A DNA stretch of 64,000 bases from Chthoniobacterales bacterium (GTDB taxonomy: Bacteria > Verrucomicrobiota > Verrucomicrobiia > Chthoniobacterales > UBA10450). The stretch covers positions 25 through 64,024 of the forward strand of contig DATFXN010000053.1 in assembly GCA_035315805.1 (NCBI GenBank). The letters are read 5' to 3'. A program made the position numbers and the translations under genes. Below are positions 47,335-56,132 of this stretch, one piece after another; the first letter of the stretch is position 1, and every line of letters begins with the position of its first letter. The notes beneath the pieces are model-generated. The model saw nothing but the letters and a program-made list of their open reading frames with translations, was not told the origin of the DNA and searched no databases.

Positions 47335-48687
47335 ATGGAGTTGCGCGTAAAACGAGCGCCTCGGATTGAGGCCGAAATCACCGTCCCGGGCGACAAAAGT
47401 ATCTCGCATCGGGCTGCCATCATCGCCGCGCTTTCGAACGGGGTTTGCACCTTGCGCGGCTTTCTTCCGAGTGACGACTGCATGCATACGGTCAATGCGT
47501 TGCGGGCGCTTGGGATCCAGATCGAACAGCTTGAACCCGATGTCCTGATCGTGCACGGAAAGAAGCGAGTGCTGGTCCCGCCTAAAGGAGAAATCGATTG
47601 TGGCGGCTCGGCCACAACTATGCGTCTCCTCGCCGGTTTGCTCGCCGGTCAGACTTTTGAGACGCGTCTGGTTGGAAATCAGTCGCTCAGTCGGCGTCCG
47701 ATGGATCGCGTGATTGAGCCGCTCCGCAAGATGGGCGCGGACATTGTCGCGGAAGGTCCGGAGCAAACGCCGCCGCTACGCATCCGTGGCGGATCTCTGC
47801 GCGGAATTCGTTATCGTTCTCCAATCGCCAGCGCCCAGGTTAAAAGCGCAATTCTCCTCGCGGGTCTTTTCGCCAAAGGAAAAACAACCGTGGACGAGCC
47901 GTTCGCCAGCCGCAATCACACCGAGCTAATGTTCAATTATTTTCTCGTCCGCACGGCAAAGGGGGAAGACGACACCGTCAGCGTTTTCGGCGATCAGATT
48001 CCCGAGTCGCGCGACTTCACTATTCCCGGTGATATTTCGTCCGCGGCGTTCTGGCTCGTCGCGGCCGCAGCGCAAGGGGGCGGCCATTTGCTCGTACGCA
48101 ACATTGGTTTGAACGATACGCGCACGGCGTTGCTTGGCGTTTTGGTTAGAATGGGCGCGCAAGTTCGCGAAGCAGTCGAAGATGTCGATCAATTAGAGCC
48201 GCGCGGCGTGGTCGAAGTGACTGGCGTCCCGCTCAAAGGCACCGCGATTCATGGAAAGGAAATTCCACAATTGATCGACGAATTACCAGTTCTTGCGGTC
48301 GCGGGCGCGCTGGCCAGCGGTACCACCATTATCCGGCACGCAAACGAGCTGCGCGTCAAAGAAACCGATCGCATCGCCGCGATCGCGCACAATTTGCGCG
48401 CCATGGGTGTGCAAGTGATCGAACTCAACGATGGGCTCGAGATTCACGGTCCGGCGCCGTTGCGAGGCGCCCGACTCTCTACTTTCGGCGATCACCGAAT
48501 CGCGATGGCGTTCACCGTAGCTGGTCTTTTCGCGGATGGCGAAACGATCATTCAGGACGCCGCATGTGTTCGTGAATCGTATCCGGGATTCGAGAAGGCC
48601 TTGGACGAATTCGTCAGTCCGAGACGCGTTCGCACGAGCACGCCGGTTATCGGGACGCTTGTCCCCGCTGCGCCTGTCGAAGAATAA
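47335..48687 (+). CDS. aroA: 3-phosphoshikimate 1-carboxyvinyltransferase (EPSP synthase)
   Basis: VPGDKSISHRAAI, ..GNQSLSRRPM.., ..LRVKETDRI.. Confidence 0.92.
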   Translation: MELRVKRAPRIEAEITVPGDKSISHRAAIIAALSNGVCTLRGFLPSDDCMHTVNALRALGIQIEQLEPDVLIVHGKKRVLVPPKGEIDCGGSATTMRLLAGLLAGQTFETRLVGNQSLSRRPMDRVIEPLRKMGADIVAEGPEQTPPLRIRGGSLRGIRYRSPIASAQVKSAILLAGLFAKGKTTVDEPFASRNHTELMFNYFLVRTAKGEDDTVSVFGDQIPESRDFTIPGDISSAAFWLVAAAAQGGGHLLVRNIGLNDTRTALLGVLVRMGAQVREAVEDVDQLEPRGVVEVTGVPLKGTAIHGKEIPQLIDELPVLAVAGALASGTTIIRHANELRVKETDRIAAIAHNLRAMGVQVIELNDGLEIHGPAPLRGARLSTFGDHRIAMAFTVAGLFADGETIIQDAACVRESYPGFEKALDEFVSPRRVRTSTPVIGTLVPAAPVEE

Positions 48688-48748
48688 GCGCGCGCTTGCT
48701 TCCGGACGCCTCCCGCGAAAAACTGCGCTGGTCGCGCACAAGTTGCAG

Positions 48749-49417
48749 ATGCAATCGCCAGATCGACCTCGTGTGATCGCTATCGACGGTCCGGCTGCTT
48801 CCGGGAAAAGCAGTGTCGCCCGTCAGCTCGCAAATCGCCTCGGTTTTATTTACGTGAATTCCGGCGCGATGTATCGCGCTGTTACTTGGACCGTGCTAAA
48901 CCGCGGCGTCGACACTGCGGACAAGCGACAGATTGCCAAACTTATCGCCAGCTCACGGCTGGACGGAACCTTCATCGCCGGTGAGTTTCATCTCTTGATC
49001 GACGAGGTCGACCTAACCGAGCACCTGCATGAAGATCGCGTGAACGCGGAGGTGTCGCTCGTTAGCACTGTGCCGGAAGTTCGCAAGGTTCTCGTGCAAC
49101 GAATGCGCGATTACGCGACCAGGCAGGATCTGGTTATTGAAGGTCGCGACATTGGCTCGGTCGTCTTCCCGGAGACGCCCTACAAATTTTACGTCGACGC
49201 TTCTCCGGAAGTGCGCGTCCAACGCCGCGCGGCACAGGGCCATCGTGACCAAATTGCGCAGCGCGACCGGGCGGATTCCTCACGTGCCGCATCACCACTG
49301 ATTGTCGCCAAAGATGCCGAGGTGATCGACACCTCGCATCTGACGGTCGATGAAGTTGTAGAAGAGATCGTTGCGCGCCTGAGACGCAAAGGCTTCGCTG
49401 CCGATTCGAAATCGTGA
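48749..49417 (+). CDS. cmk: cytidylate kinase
   Basis: VIAIDGPAASGKSSVARQLA..VNSGAMYRA; start at internal ATG. Confidence 0.9.
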   Translation: MQSPDRPRVIAIDGPAASGKSSVARQLANRLGFIYVNSGAMYRAVTWTVLNRGVDTADKRQIAKLIASSRLDGTFIAGEFHLLIDEVDLTEHLHEDRVNAEVSLVSTVPEVRKVLVQRMRDYATRQDLVIEGRDIGSVVFPETPYKFYVDASPEVRVQRRAAQGHRDQIAQRDRADSSRAASPLIVAKDAEVIDTSHLTVDEVVEEIVARLRRKGFAADSKS

Positions 49418-50028
49418 ATTTCTATTACTGGCTCGGCTATCATCTGAGTCGCTGGCTCGCCCGAATATTTTTCAGTTTTCGAATTATTCGTCGCGAACGT
49501 GTCATTCAAACCGGGCCGGTGATTCTGGCGATGAATCACCAGAGTTTTTTCGATCCACCACTGGCCGGGAACGCGTGCGACCGCGCTATTTATTTTCTGG
49601 CAAAGAGATCGCTGATGGATGTCCCGATCCTTGGCTGGCTCCTGCCCAAGCTCAATGTGATTCCGGTCAATTTGGAAGGAAGCGATCGCAGCGCGCTCAA
49701 AGCGTTGATTCGAATTCTGAGTGCCGGGGAATGCGCGCTCGTTTTTCCGGAAGGCTCGCGCACTCCCGACGGTAAGCTCCACCCAGCCCAGCCTGGCGTC
49801 GGCTTGCTGATCGCAAAGACGCGGGCGCCCGTGGTTCCGATGCGGATTTTCGGCGCGTTCGATGCCTGGCCGATTCAGGGCAAAATTCATTTGTGGCGCA
49901 AAATCACTATCGTCGTCGGCGAACCAATCTATTTTTCCGATGTCGAATTTGACAACGGTGGGAAAGATCTTTACCCGCAGCTGGGTCAGCGAGTGATGGA
50001 CGCGATCGCGGCGCTCCAATTGCCCTGA
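49414..50028 (+). CDS. plsC: 1-acyl-sn-glycerol-3-phosphate acyltransferase
   Basis: NHQSFFDP (HX4D) and FPEGSRT motifs; GTGA overlap with cmk. Confidence 0.85.
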   Translation: MNFYYWLGYHLSRWLARIFFSFRIIRRERVIQTGPVILAMNHQSFFDPPLAGNACDRAIYFLAKRSLMDVPILGWLLPKLNVIPVNLEGSDRSALKALIRILSAGECALVFPEGSRTPDGKLHPAQPGVGLLIAKTRAPVVPMRIFGAFDAWPIQGKIHLWRKITIVVGEPIYFSDVEFDNGGKDLYPQLGQRVMDAIAALQLP

Positions 50029-50045
50029 AGAACATTTGCGTGCCT

Positions 50046-50056
50046 AAGATCGACAT
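50046..50056 (-). repeat. intergenic copy of the word (AAGATCGACAT), 18 nt after the plsC stop
   Basis: exact string match. Confidence 0.9.
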
Positions 50057-50070
50057 CGAATAGTATTCTG

Positions 50071-50253
50071 GTGAACCCAGAGCCGAAAATATCCAAGCAT
50101 GTGGGTCGGCTGATGGTCGGGATCGTGATCGGTTTCGCACTGGTCGCGCTTTATGCCAACATTCAAAAACTGCGGCGCGCGGCATTCGAAACGGTCATTT
50201 TCACACCGGGCGGGTCACCCACTCCGACGCCATCGCCCACGTCTACGCGTTGA
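50071..50253 (+). CDS. hypothetical small single-TM protein
   Basis: 60-aa ORF, one TM helix (GRLMVGIVIGFALVALYA), PT-rich tail; GTG start. Confidence 0.3.
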   Translation: MNPEPKISKHVGRLMVGIVIGFALVALYANIQKLRRAAFETVIFTPGGSPTPTPSPTSTR

Positions 50254-50286
50254 ATAACGAGAAGGAAAAGCGGTCTAATCATCGCC

Positions 50287-52056
50287 ATGAAAAGGATATT
50301 TCCCGCCGTGATCGCGCTCTTCGCTTTTGCGTCCTGCCAGAAGGAGCAAACCGAAGCGGAAAAGAACGCCGAGATCGAACGCCAGGTGCAGCAACGGCTG
50401 GCCGCCGAACACCAGGCGCAGCAGCAGCAACAGCTTGACCAACGCCAGGCTGACCTCGACGCGCGCGAAAAAGCGTTGTCAGAAAAACAGAATGCGGCTG
50501 CGGCGAGGCCAAGCCGGCGCGAACGGACTGAATCTGAACCGGCCGAGCCAGGCGCACGCGTCCAAGGCAGGAGCGGGGTGGCAATGGGTTACTCAACCTT
50601 TTACAACAAACTTGAGCCGTTCGGCGCGTGGATCGAGACGAGCGATTATGGTTACGTTTGGCAACCGCGCCAGGCGGAAAGCTCGCGCAGTTGGCGGCCC
50701 TATATGAATGGGCGCTGGGTTTACACCGATGCCGGTTGGACCTGGATTTCCGAAGAGGCATTTGGCTGGGCCACTTATCACTACGGACGTTGGACGCGTT
50801 TGCGCGGCGTCGGTTGGGTCTGGGTTCCCGGAAATGAATGGGCGCCGGCGTGGGTTTCGTGGCGCAAGAGTAACGATTACGTCGGCTGGGCGCCCTTACC
50901 ACCGGAAGCGCGATTCGATCAACGCACCGGCATCCACAATTGGTCCGACAGTTACTACGATATCGGTCCTGACCAATATTGCTTCGTTCCGAGCCGAGAA
51001 TTTGGCACGCAACGGATCGAGACCACGATTGTCCCACCCGAGCGCAATGTGACGATCGTCAATCAAACGACCAACGTCACCAACATCACTTACAACAACA
51101 CGACGATCGTGAACGAGGGTCCGAGTTACGATGAAGTGCGCGCGGTAAGTCGCGAGCCCGTGCAACGACTTCGACTTGAGCGCAACTTGAATGTCGATGT
51201 CGCGGTCGAGCAACCGCGGCCGGTTGTTCGCGGTGAAACCGTCGTTGTGGCTGCGCCGGTGATCGCCGCACCGGTTGTGAGCGAGCGTCCGCCGACAGTA
51301 AAACAAACAATTGCACAGGCCGCGGTCGATCTCGGCTGGGCGGCAATCGCGAATCAGGATGAGGCCAAGAAAGCGCGCGAGAAAATCAAATCGGAAGCGA
51401 CACCGCCCTCGAATGCGCCGGCAAAAAAATTTGTCAAAGCCGCCGCGACAACAAGCACAACGACTCCAGGCACCGAAACGTCCGCAACATCTACTCCCGA
51501 AGCGACTGCGCCTTCGCCAAGATCGAGATCGACAGCGGCCTCGCCAGTGGGCGCATCTACAAAAGGAGCGGCGGCAACCCCAACCCAGGCGGTGACGGAA
51601 CGTCAGCGCGCTCCGGCTCGGGCAACACAAACTCCGGAGCCCTCCGCGACGCCGACTCCAACATCAACCCCTTCGGCTTCCGTGGCCCGAAGCCCGTCGT
51701 TGGCTCCAACGGAAACTGCCATGGCTACGCCAAGAACAAGAGCGGTCGAAACGCCTGAGGCTTCGGCCACAATTACACCACACCCACGGCTGCGCGGCGC
51801 AGAAGACGAAGCGCCATCGGGCACGCGGCCAGAAATGACGCCGCGGGACCATCCCACTTCAACTGCTACACCGTCGCCAAGATCGACATTTTCTCCTTCT
51901 GCTGCCGTCGCCGCGTCGCCGGCTGAGAAACTCTCCAAGAAAGAAAGGAAAGAATTAAACCGCGAAGAAAAGAGGGAATTGAAGCACGAGCGCGGAGAAG
52001 GCGCTCAGCGAACCGAAAGCCCTTCACAGTCACCCTCACCTGAATCCTCTCGCTGA
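50287..52056 (+). CDS. lipoprotein with W/Y-rich DUF6600-like domain and long Pro/Thr/Ser/Ala-rich tail
   Basis: Lipobox ALFAFASC; ..YGYVWQPR..RPYMNGRWVYTDAGWTWISEEAFGWATYHYGRWTRLRGVGWVWVPGNEWAPAWVSWR..; low-complexity C-terminal ~200 aa. Confidence 0.55.
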   Translation: MKRIFPAVIALFAFASCQKEQTEAEKNAEIERQVQQRLAAEHQAQQQQQLDQRQADLDAREKALSEKQNAAAARPSRRERTESEPAEPGARVQGRSGVAMGYSTFYNKLEPFGAWIETSDYGYVWQPRQAESSRSWRPYMNGRWVYTDAGWTWISEEAFGWATYHYGRWTRLRGVGWVWVPGNEWAPAWVSWRKSNDYVGWAPLPPEARFDQRTGIHNWSDSYYDIGPDQYCFVPSREFGTQRIETTIVPPERNVTIVNQTTNVTNITYNNTTIVNEGPSYDEVRAVSREPVQRLRLERNLNVDVAVEQPRPVVRGETVVVAAPVIAAPVVSERPPTVKQTIAQAAVDLGWAAIANQDEAKKAREKIKSEATPPSNAPAKKFVKAAATTSTTTPGTETSATSTPEATAPSPRSRSTAASPVGASTKGAAATPTQAVTERQRAPARATQTPEPSATPTPTSTPSASVARSPSLAPTETAMATPRTRAVETPEASATITPHPRLRGAEDEAPSGTRPEMTPRDHPTSTATPSPRSTFSPSAAVAASPAEKLSKKERKELNREEKRELKHERGEGAQRTESPSQSPSPESSR

Positions 52057-52075
52057 CGCGGTGCAAGCCGCGCGA

Positions 52076-54781
52076 TTATTCGGAACCTGAAGGCGCTTGT
52101 CGCGCTGCCAATTCGCGAGCGTAGGTCAATGTGTCGATCGCATCGACATTTTTATCCCGCCGAATCGCTTTAATCCGCGGAAAACGCAGTGCGAGTCCGC
52201 TTGCATGCCGCGTGCTGGGTTGAATCGAATTGAATGCAACTTCGAGCACGATGTCCGGTTTCACTTCGCGGTAGCGGCCGTCATTGACGATCGTGTTTTG
52301 TTTGAAATGCTCGGTCAATTCTGCGATCTCGACGTCGGTCAATCCGCTGTACGCTTTGCCGATCGGTAAAAGTTCGCCGGTCGATTCATCGCGCACGGCG
52401 AACGTGTAATCGCTCAACACATTGTTGCGTTTCCCGTGTCCGAATTCCGCACCCACGACCACGACGTCGAGCGTGGCCAGTTCTTTCTTCAATTTGAACC
52501 AAAACATTCCCCGCGTGCCTGGCGTGTAGAAACTTTTCGGATCTTTGATCATCAACCCTTCGTTCAAACGGCGCCGCGATTCCTGAAAACGTTCCTCGAT
52601 CTCGGCTGCAGAATGGACTGGCAAGACTTCAGCGATTCGGAACTGCTGCGGAAATTTCAAATCGCGCAACAATTTCCGTCGCTCCATAAGCGCAGTCTTC
52701 AGGAGCGAACGCTCATTCAGCCAAAGCAAATCGAAGGCAACGAACGCGACCGGAACGTCAGCCGACGCTCTCGCGAATAAATCGGCGCTGAAGTCCGATT
52801 TTCGTCCGAGTCGTTTTTGTAAATCGAAGAAGGTCAGTTTGCGTCCTTCTTCGTAGGCGACGATCTCGCCGTCGAGGATAAGATCGACATCGAACTGGCG
52901 CCCTCGCTCGGCCAGCTCCGGAAATTGATCGGTGATCCGGCGCAAATCGCGCGAATAGATTTCGGCGCCTTCGGAGCTGCGATGGAGCTGGGCGCGGATG
53001 CCATCGAACTTGTCTTCGACGAACACGACCTTCGAATGCTGCTCGACGAATCTTTTCCAGATCGCTTCCGCGGTCGGCTCAGGCGTCGCGAGCATGCATT
53101 TAATCGGTCGAAAGATCGACAACTCGGCGCGATCTAGGTGTTTTTCCGACGCAAGCGACGCCGTCGCGCCGATGTCGCCGAGCAACATGTTCGCTTCCCT
53201 GACCTGCTCGATGGGAACTTCGAACGCGCGCGAAATCGCTTCTTCCACCAAGCCTTCACGTAAACCAATGCGGAGATCGCCCGTCAAAATTTTGACGACG
53301 TATTCACCTTCAGGGGCGGACAAATTCGCAAATCGGTTTTGAAGCAGTTCGGTCTTCGCAATTGGTCCCCGGGCGCGATGAAGTTCTTCGAAAAGTTTTC
53401 TCGATTCCAAAATCGAAAATGGTTTTGGAGTTGTGCGGCCGTTGAGCACATCGAACGCGCTTTTGCCGAGATCACCATGGCTCGCCGCGATGCGATGAAA
53501 TTCGGCATCACCGATTTTAGCGGAGACGACCAGGGCTCGATAAATCACCGACCAGCCGACTTGAAGCGTGCGAAGATCGCTTTGCGCAAATGCGCGACCG
53601 GTCAGATAAGTCGCGACGATCCGCAACTGTTCGCTGTTTAGCGTCCGCAAATAATCCGCGAGCAATCGAACCTTCTCGAGCTTCGCGCGCCTTGCGCGGA
53701 TCGATTCGCCAACGCTGGCGAATGTTAAGAATTCTGAATTTGTAGGAGCAGCCGTGCCGGCCGTGTCTTTGTTAGGGACAAGCGAGACGCCTGCCACCAC
53801 AGTCTTTGCCAATTTGAGTTCCATTTGGTTTTCTCCACTCAGTGCCCAGGCGTCGATCCCGCGCTCGCGCAGATCGCGCGCGAACTCGGCGGCGAAGCCG
53901 TGAACTGTGAGCACGCGCTTCGGCTTCACAAGATCGACATAGCGAACGAGATCGTTGTAGTCGGCGTGATCGGAGAGTGGGAATGCGGCGTCGACCTGGT
54001 AGCGATAAATAGCGATCGGCTCCATCGCCCAGCCGCTGATCATCGCCACGCGTCTACGGGGAATGTTGTCGATCATCGGCGAGTGGCTCGCGCTCGGTGG
54101 ACAAATCAGCACCTTGCCGGCGACTTGGTTCTTGTTGTAGCGAACGTATTTGCAAAATGATTGGCCGAATTGCTCGTAAATGCGCGTCATTTGATAAACC
54201 GAGCCATGCAGCATTGGCGTTAACCCCACGCCATCGAGCGAACACAAGATCTCCTGCGCTTTACCCAACGAATAGCCGAGCAACACCGGGACTGTGCCGT
54301 CTTCAATTGCGTCGCGGCAGAACGCTACGATCTGCTCGATCACCTTGTCGGTCGGCGGGAATTGATAACGCGGCAAACCGAACGTGGTTTCCATGATTAG
54401 CGTGCCGGCTTCACGCCATTTGGCGGCTTCGGCCGATTTTCCGCGACGCAATTTGAAATCGCCCGTGTAAAGCAGCGTTTCATCGTTGCTCGTGAGAAAT
54501 AATTGGGCCGAACCGAAAATGTGACCGGCCGGCAGCAGAGTTAGATCGACATCGTGGATATGCCGCTGTTCACCGAATGGAAGTGCGTGCTCGATTCGAG
54601 TCCCCGGCATCCGCGCTTGAAGTAAACGCGCAGTCCGCTCGGAAAGAACGATTTCCTGGTGCGGCGCGATGTGATCGCTGTGGGCGTGCGACACAAAGGC
54701 GAAACGTTTTGGCTCCCAGGGATCGAGCCAGAAGTCGTGCGCCGGAAGATAAACCCCGTGATTATAGCGCACTTCTATCAT
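52076..54781 (-). CDS. fusion: ligase-associated beta-CASP/MBL exonuclease (N-terminal) + ATP-dependent DNA ligase (C-terminal)
   Basis: N-terminus has FVSHAHSDHI, ..LYTGDFKL.., ..SDHADYNDL..TVHG (beta-CASP). C-terminus has the ligase DNA-binding domain, adenylation motif I EDKFDGIRAQL, and an OB domain. Start at MIEVRYNHG (54781), because the upstream 99 codons of the ORF look non-coding. Confidence 0.85.
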   Translation of the reverse strand: MIEVRYNHGVYLPAHDFWLDPWEPKRFAFVSHAHSDHIAPHQEIVLSERTARLLQARMPGTRIEHALPFGEQRHIHDVDLTLLPAGHIFGSAQLFLTSNDETLLYTGDFKLRRGKSAEAAKWREAGTLIMETTFGLPRYQFPPTDKVIEQIVAFCRDAIEDGTVPVLLGYSLGKAQEILCSLDGVGLTPMLHGSVYQMTRIYEQFGQSFCKYVRYNKNQVAGKVLICPPSASHSPMIDNIPRRRVAMISGWAMEPIAIYRYQVDAAFPLSDHADYNDLVRYVDLVKPKRVLTVHGFAAEFARDLRERGIDAWALSGENQMELKLAKTVVAGVSLVPNKDTAGTAAPTNSEFLTFASVGESIRARRAKLEKVRLLADYLRTLNSEQLRIVATYLTGRAFAQSDLRTLQVGWSVIYRALVVSAKIGDAEFHRIAASHGDLGKSAFDVLNGRTTPKPFSILESRKLFEELHRARGPIAKTELLQNRFANLSAPEGEYVVKILTGDLRIGLREGLVEEAISRAFEVPIEQVREANMLLGDIGATASLASEKHLDRAELSIFRPIKCMLATPEPTAEAIWKRFVEQHSKVVFVEDKFDGIRAQLHRSSEGAEIYSRDLRRITDQFPELAERGRQFDVDLILDGEIVAYEEGRKLTFFDLQKRLGRKSDFSADLFARASADVPVAFVAFDLLWLNERSLLKTALMERRKLLRDLKFPQQFRIAEVLPVHSAAEIEERFQESRRRLNEGLMIKDPKSFYTPGTRGMFWFKLKKELATLDVVVVGAEFGHGKRNNVLSDYTFAVRDESTGELLPIGKAYSGLTDVEIAELTEHFKQNTIVNDGRYREVKPDIVLEVAFNSIQPSTRHASGLALRFPRIKAIRRDKNVDAIDTLTYARELAARQAPSGSE

Positions 54782-54939
54782 CACAAAGCTTAACCCTCGG
54801 ATTGAGAGGCTTCCAAATTTCCTAAACAGGATTTGCCCCGATTTCTTACGAACCCCGAATTTCTGGATGCTGTTTACCCTGTTAATCCGGTCTAGTTCCC
54901 GATTGCGCTTTTCGGGGAGAAGAGGTTTCATTGTAAGCG

Positions 54940-55539
54940 ATGCGGTTCCCGGTTTTTTTCCTGGTGGTTGTGGCACTCGGCAGCGTTTTCGGTCGCACCG
55001 AGGAGCAGCCGCGCGTGCTGACGCGGGTAACTCCATTACCGATGGCGTTGAGTGACGATTTTCAATTTCGAAAGACAAAACTTTATCTTTTGACCGAGAC
55101 GGCGCCGGGGCAGGGAAAAACTACTGGCGATCAAGCAACTCGGGGTGGAGGTAAAGGCGGCAAACTTTCGAGCACTGCGCCCTCGAGCAAATCGACCACA
55201 GTTCAGGACGCTTCCATTCGGTTCGAACGACAGTATCGACTTTTTGGCGCGGTCACAAAGCTAGACCTGCGCGAGCGCGTCGGAAATTACTTCGATTTCT
55301 TCTGGAAGGCGCGCCGAAGTGCGGATTTGATGGTGCGCCTAGAATACCGGCAGGAAAAATTGCACGCCCACGTCCAAGCCCAGGAGATTTCCTACCCCAG
55401 TGCGCGCGGCAGTTACAAAACGGAATTCAAAGTCGTGGGAGACGATTACTTCGACGACGGCCCGGTAACAGCGTGGCGTTGTTTGCTGATCGAAAATGGC
55501 CGGATTGTGGCGGAGACGCATTCCTACATGTGGGAGTAG
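54940..55539 (+). CDS. secreted hypothetical protein
   Basis: Signal peptide MRFPVFFLVVVALGSVFG; no recognised domain. Confidence 0.5.
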   Translation: MRFPVFFLVVVALGSVFGRTEEQPRVLTRVTPLPMALSDDFQFRKTKLYLLTETAPGQGKTTGDQATRGGGKGGKLSSTAPSSKSTTVQDASIRFERQYRLFGAVTKLDLRERVGNYFDFFWKARRSADLMVRLEYRQEKLHAHVQAQEISYPSARGSYKTEFKVVGDDYFDDGPVTAWRCLLIENGRIVAETHSYMWE

Positions 55540-55588
55540 GTTTCGACGGGCGCGATTCGTTAATGCCGGGTGCCGTTTGACAGCGCCG

Positions 55589-55599
55589 ATGTCGATCTT
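55589..55599 (+). repeat. intergenic copy of the word, 21 nt upstream of the STAS gene start
   Basis: exact string match (cgATGTCGATCTTGTATTC). Confidence 0.9.
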
Positions 55600-55619
55600 G
55601 TATTCTTAGTTATTCAGCT

Positions 55620-56132
55620 GTGCAGTCAACGATTCTAGTGGGCGTGAATGGACCCGCCGTTTGGGTGCGAGTGGAAGGCAAGGGCAACTTCCTCAACAGT
55701 GGGAGCCTGAAGCAATTCGCGCAAGAGATGGTCAACCGCGGTTATCGCGAGTTTGTCATAGACCTGGAACATTGCGCGATGATGGATTCTACCTTCATGG
55801 GAACAATGGCGGCGGTCGCGCTGCGGTTAAAGGAACTAGGGCAAGGTCATCTTCACATCGTTCACTGTGGCGAGCGCAGCCGCGAACTTCTTTCCGGACT
55901 CGGGCTCGATCAGATTTTCGACATTCGCCCGAATGGCGCGGTCGCTCCGGAATGTGAGCAGATGAAGGAGAACGCGCGCGATGGCGCCGAAGCGGAAAAG
56001 AGAGAGCGGACCGAAACCATGTTGGAAGCGCACGAAGCCCTCTGCGAGGCGGCGCCGGAAAATCTTTCCCGGTTTAAAGACGTTCTCGATTATCTAAAAC
56101 AGGACCTCCATCAAACGACAGCGGGGAAGTAA
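55620..56132 (+). CDS. STAS-domain protein (anti-sigma-factor antagonist-like)
   Basis: ..VRVEGKGNFLNSGSLKQFAQEMVNRGYREFVIDLEHCAMMDSTFMGTMAAV..; GTG start. Confidence 0.7.
   Translation: MQSTILVGVNGPAVWVRVEGKGNFLNSGSLKQFAQEMVNRGYREFVIDLEHCAMMDSTFMGTMAAVALRLKELGQGHLHIVHCGERSRELLSGLGLDQIFDIRPNGAVAPECEQMKENARDGAEAEKRERTETMLEAHEALCEAAPENLSRFKDVLDYLKQDLHQTTAGK

Noticed and set aside
37883-50045. Word-free 12-kb stretch as a horizontally acquired island
   Set aside because: It contains core genes (aroA, cmk, plsC, most of nadB) and no mobility genes. I report it only as a low-interest observation.
49189-51630. Long minus-strand ORFs (49189-50019, 50279-51037, 50896-51630)
   Set aside because: They are antisense to cmk, plsC and the DUF6600-like gene, all of which have clear motifs. 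Their Arg/Cys/Ser-rich composition marks them as artefacts.
54782-55078. First 99 codons of the 1000-aa ligase ORF
   Set aside because: Their composition is non-protein-like, and they overlap the start of the divergent gene at 54940. The conserved beta-CASP N-terminus (MIEVRYNHG..) begins at 54781.
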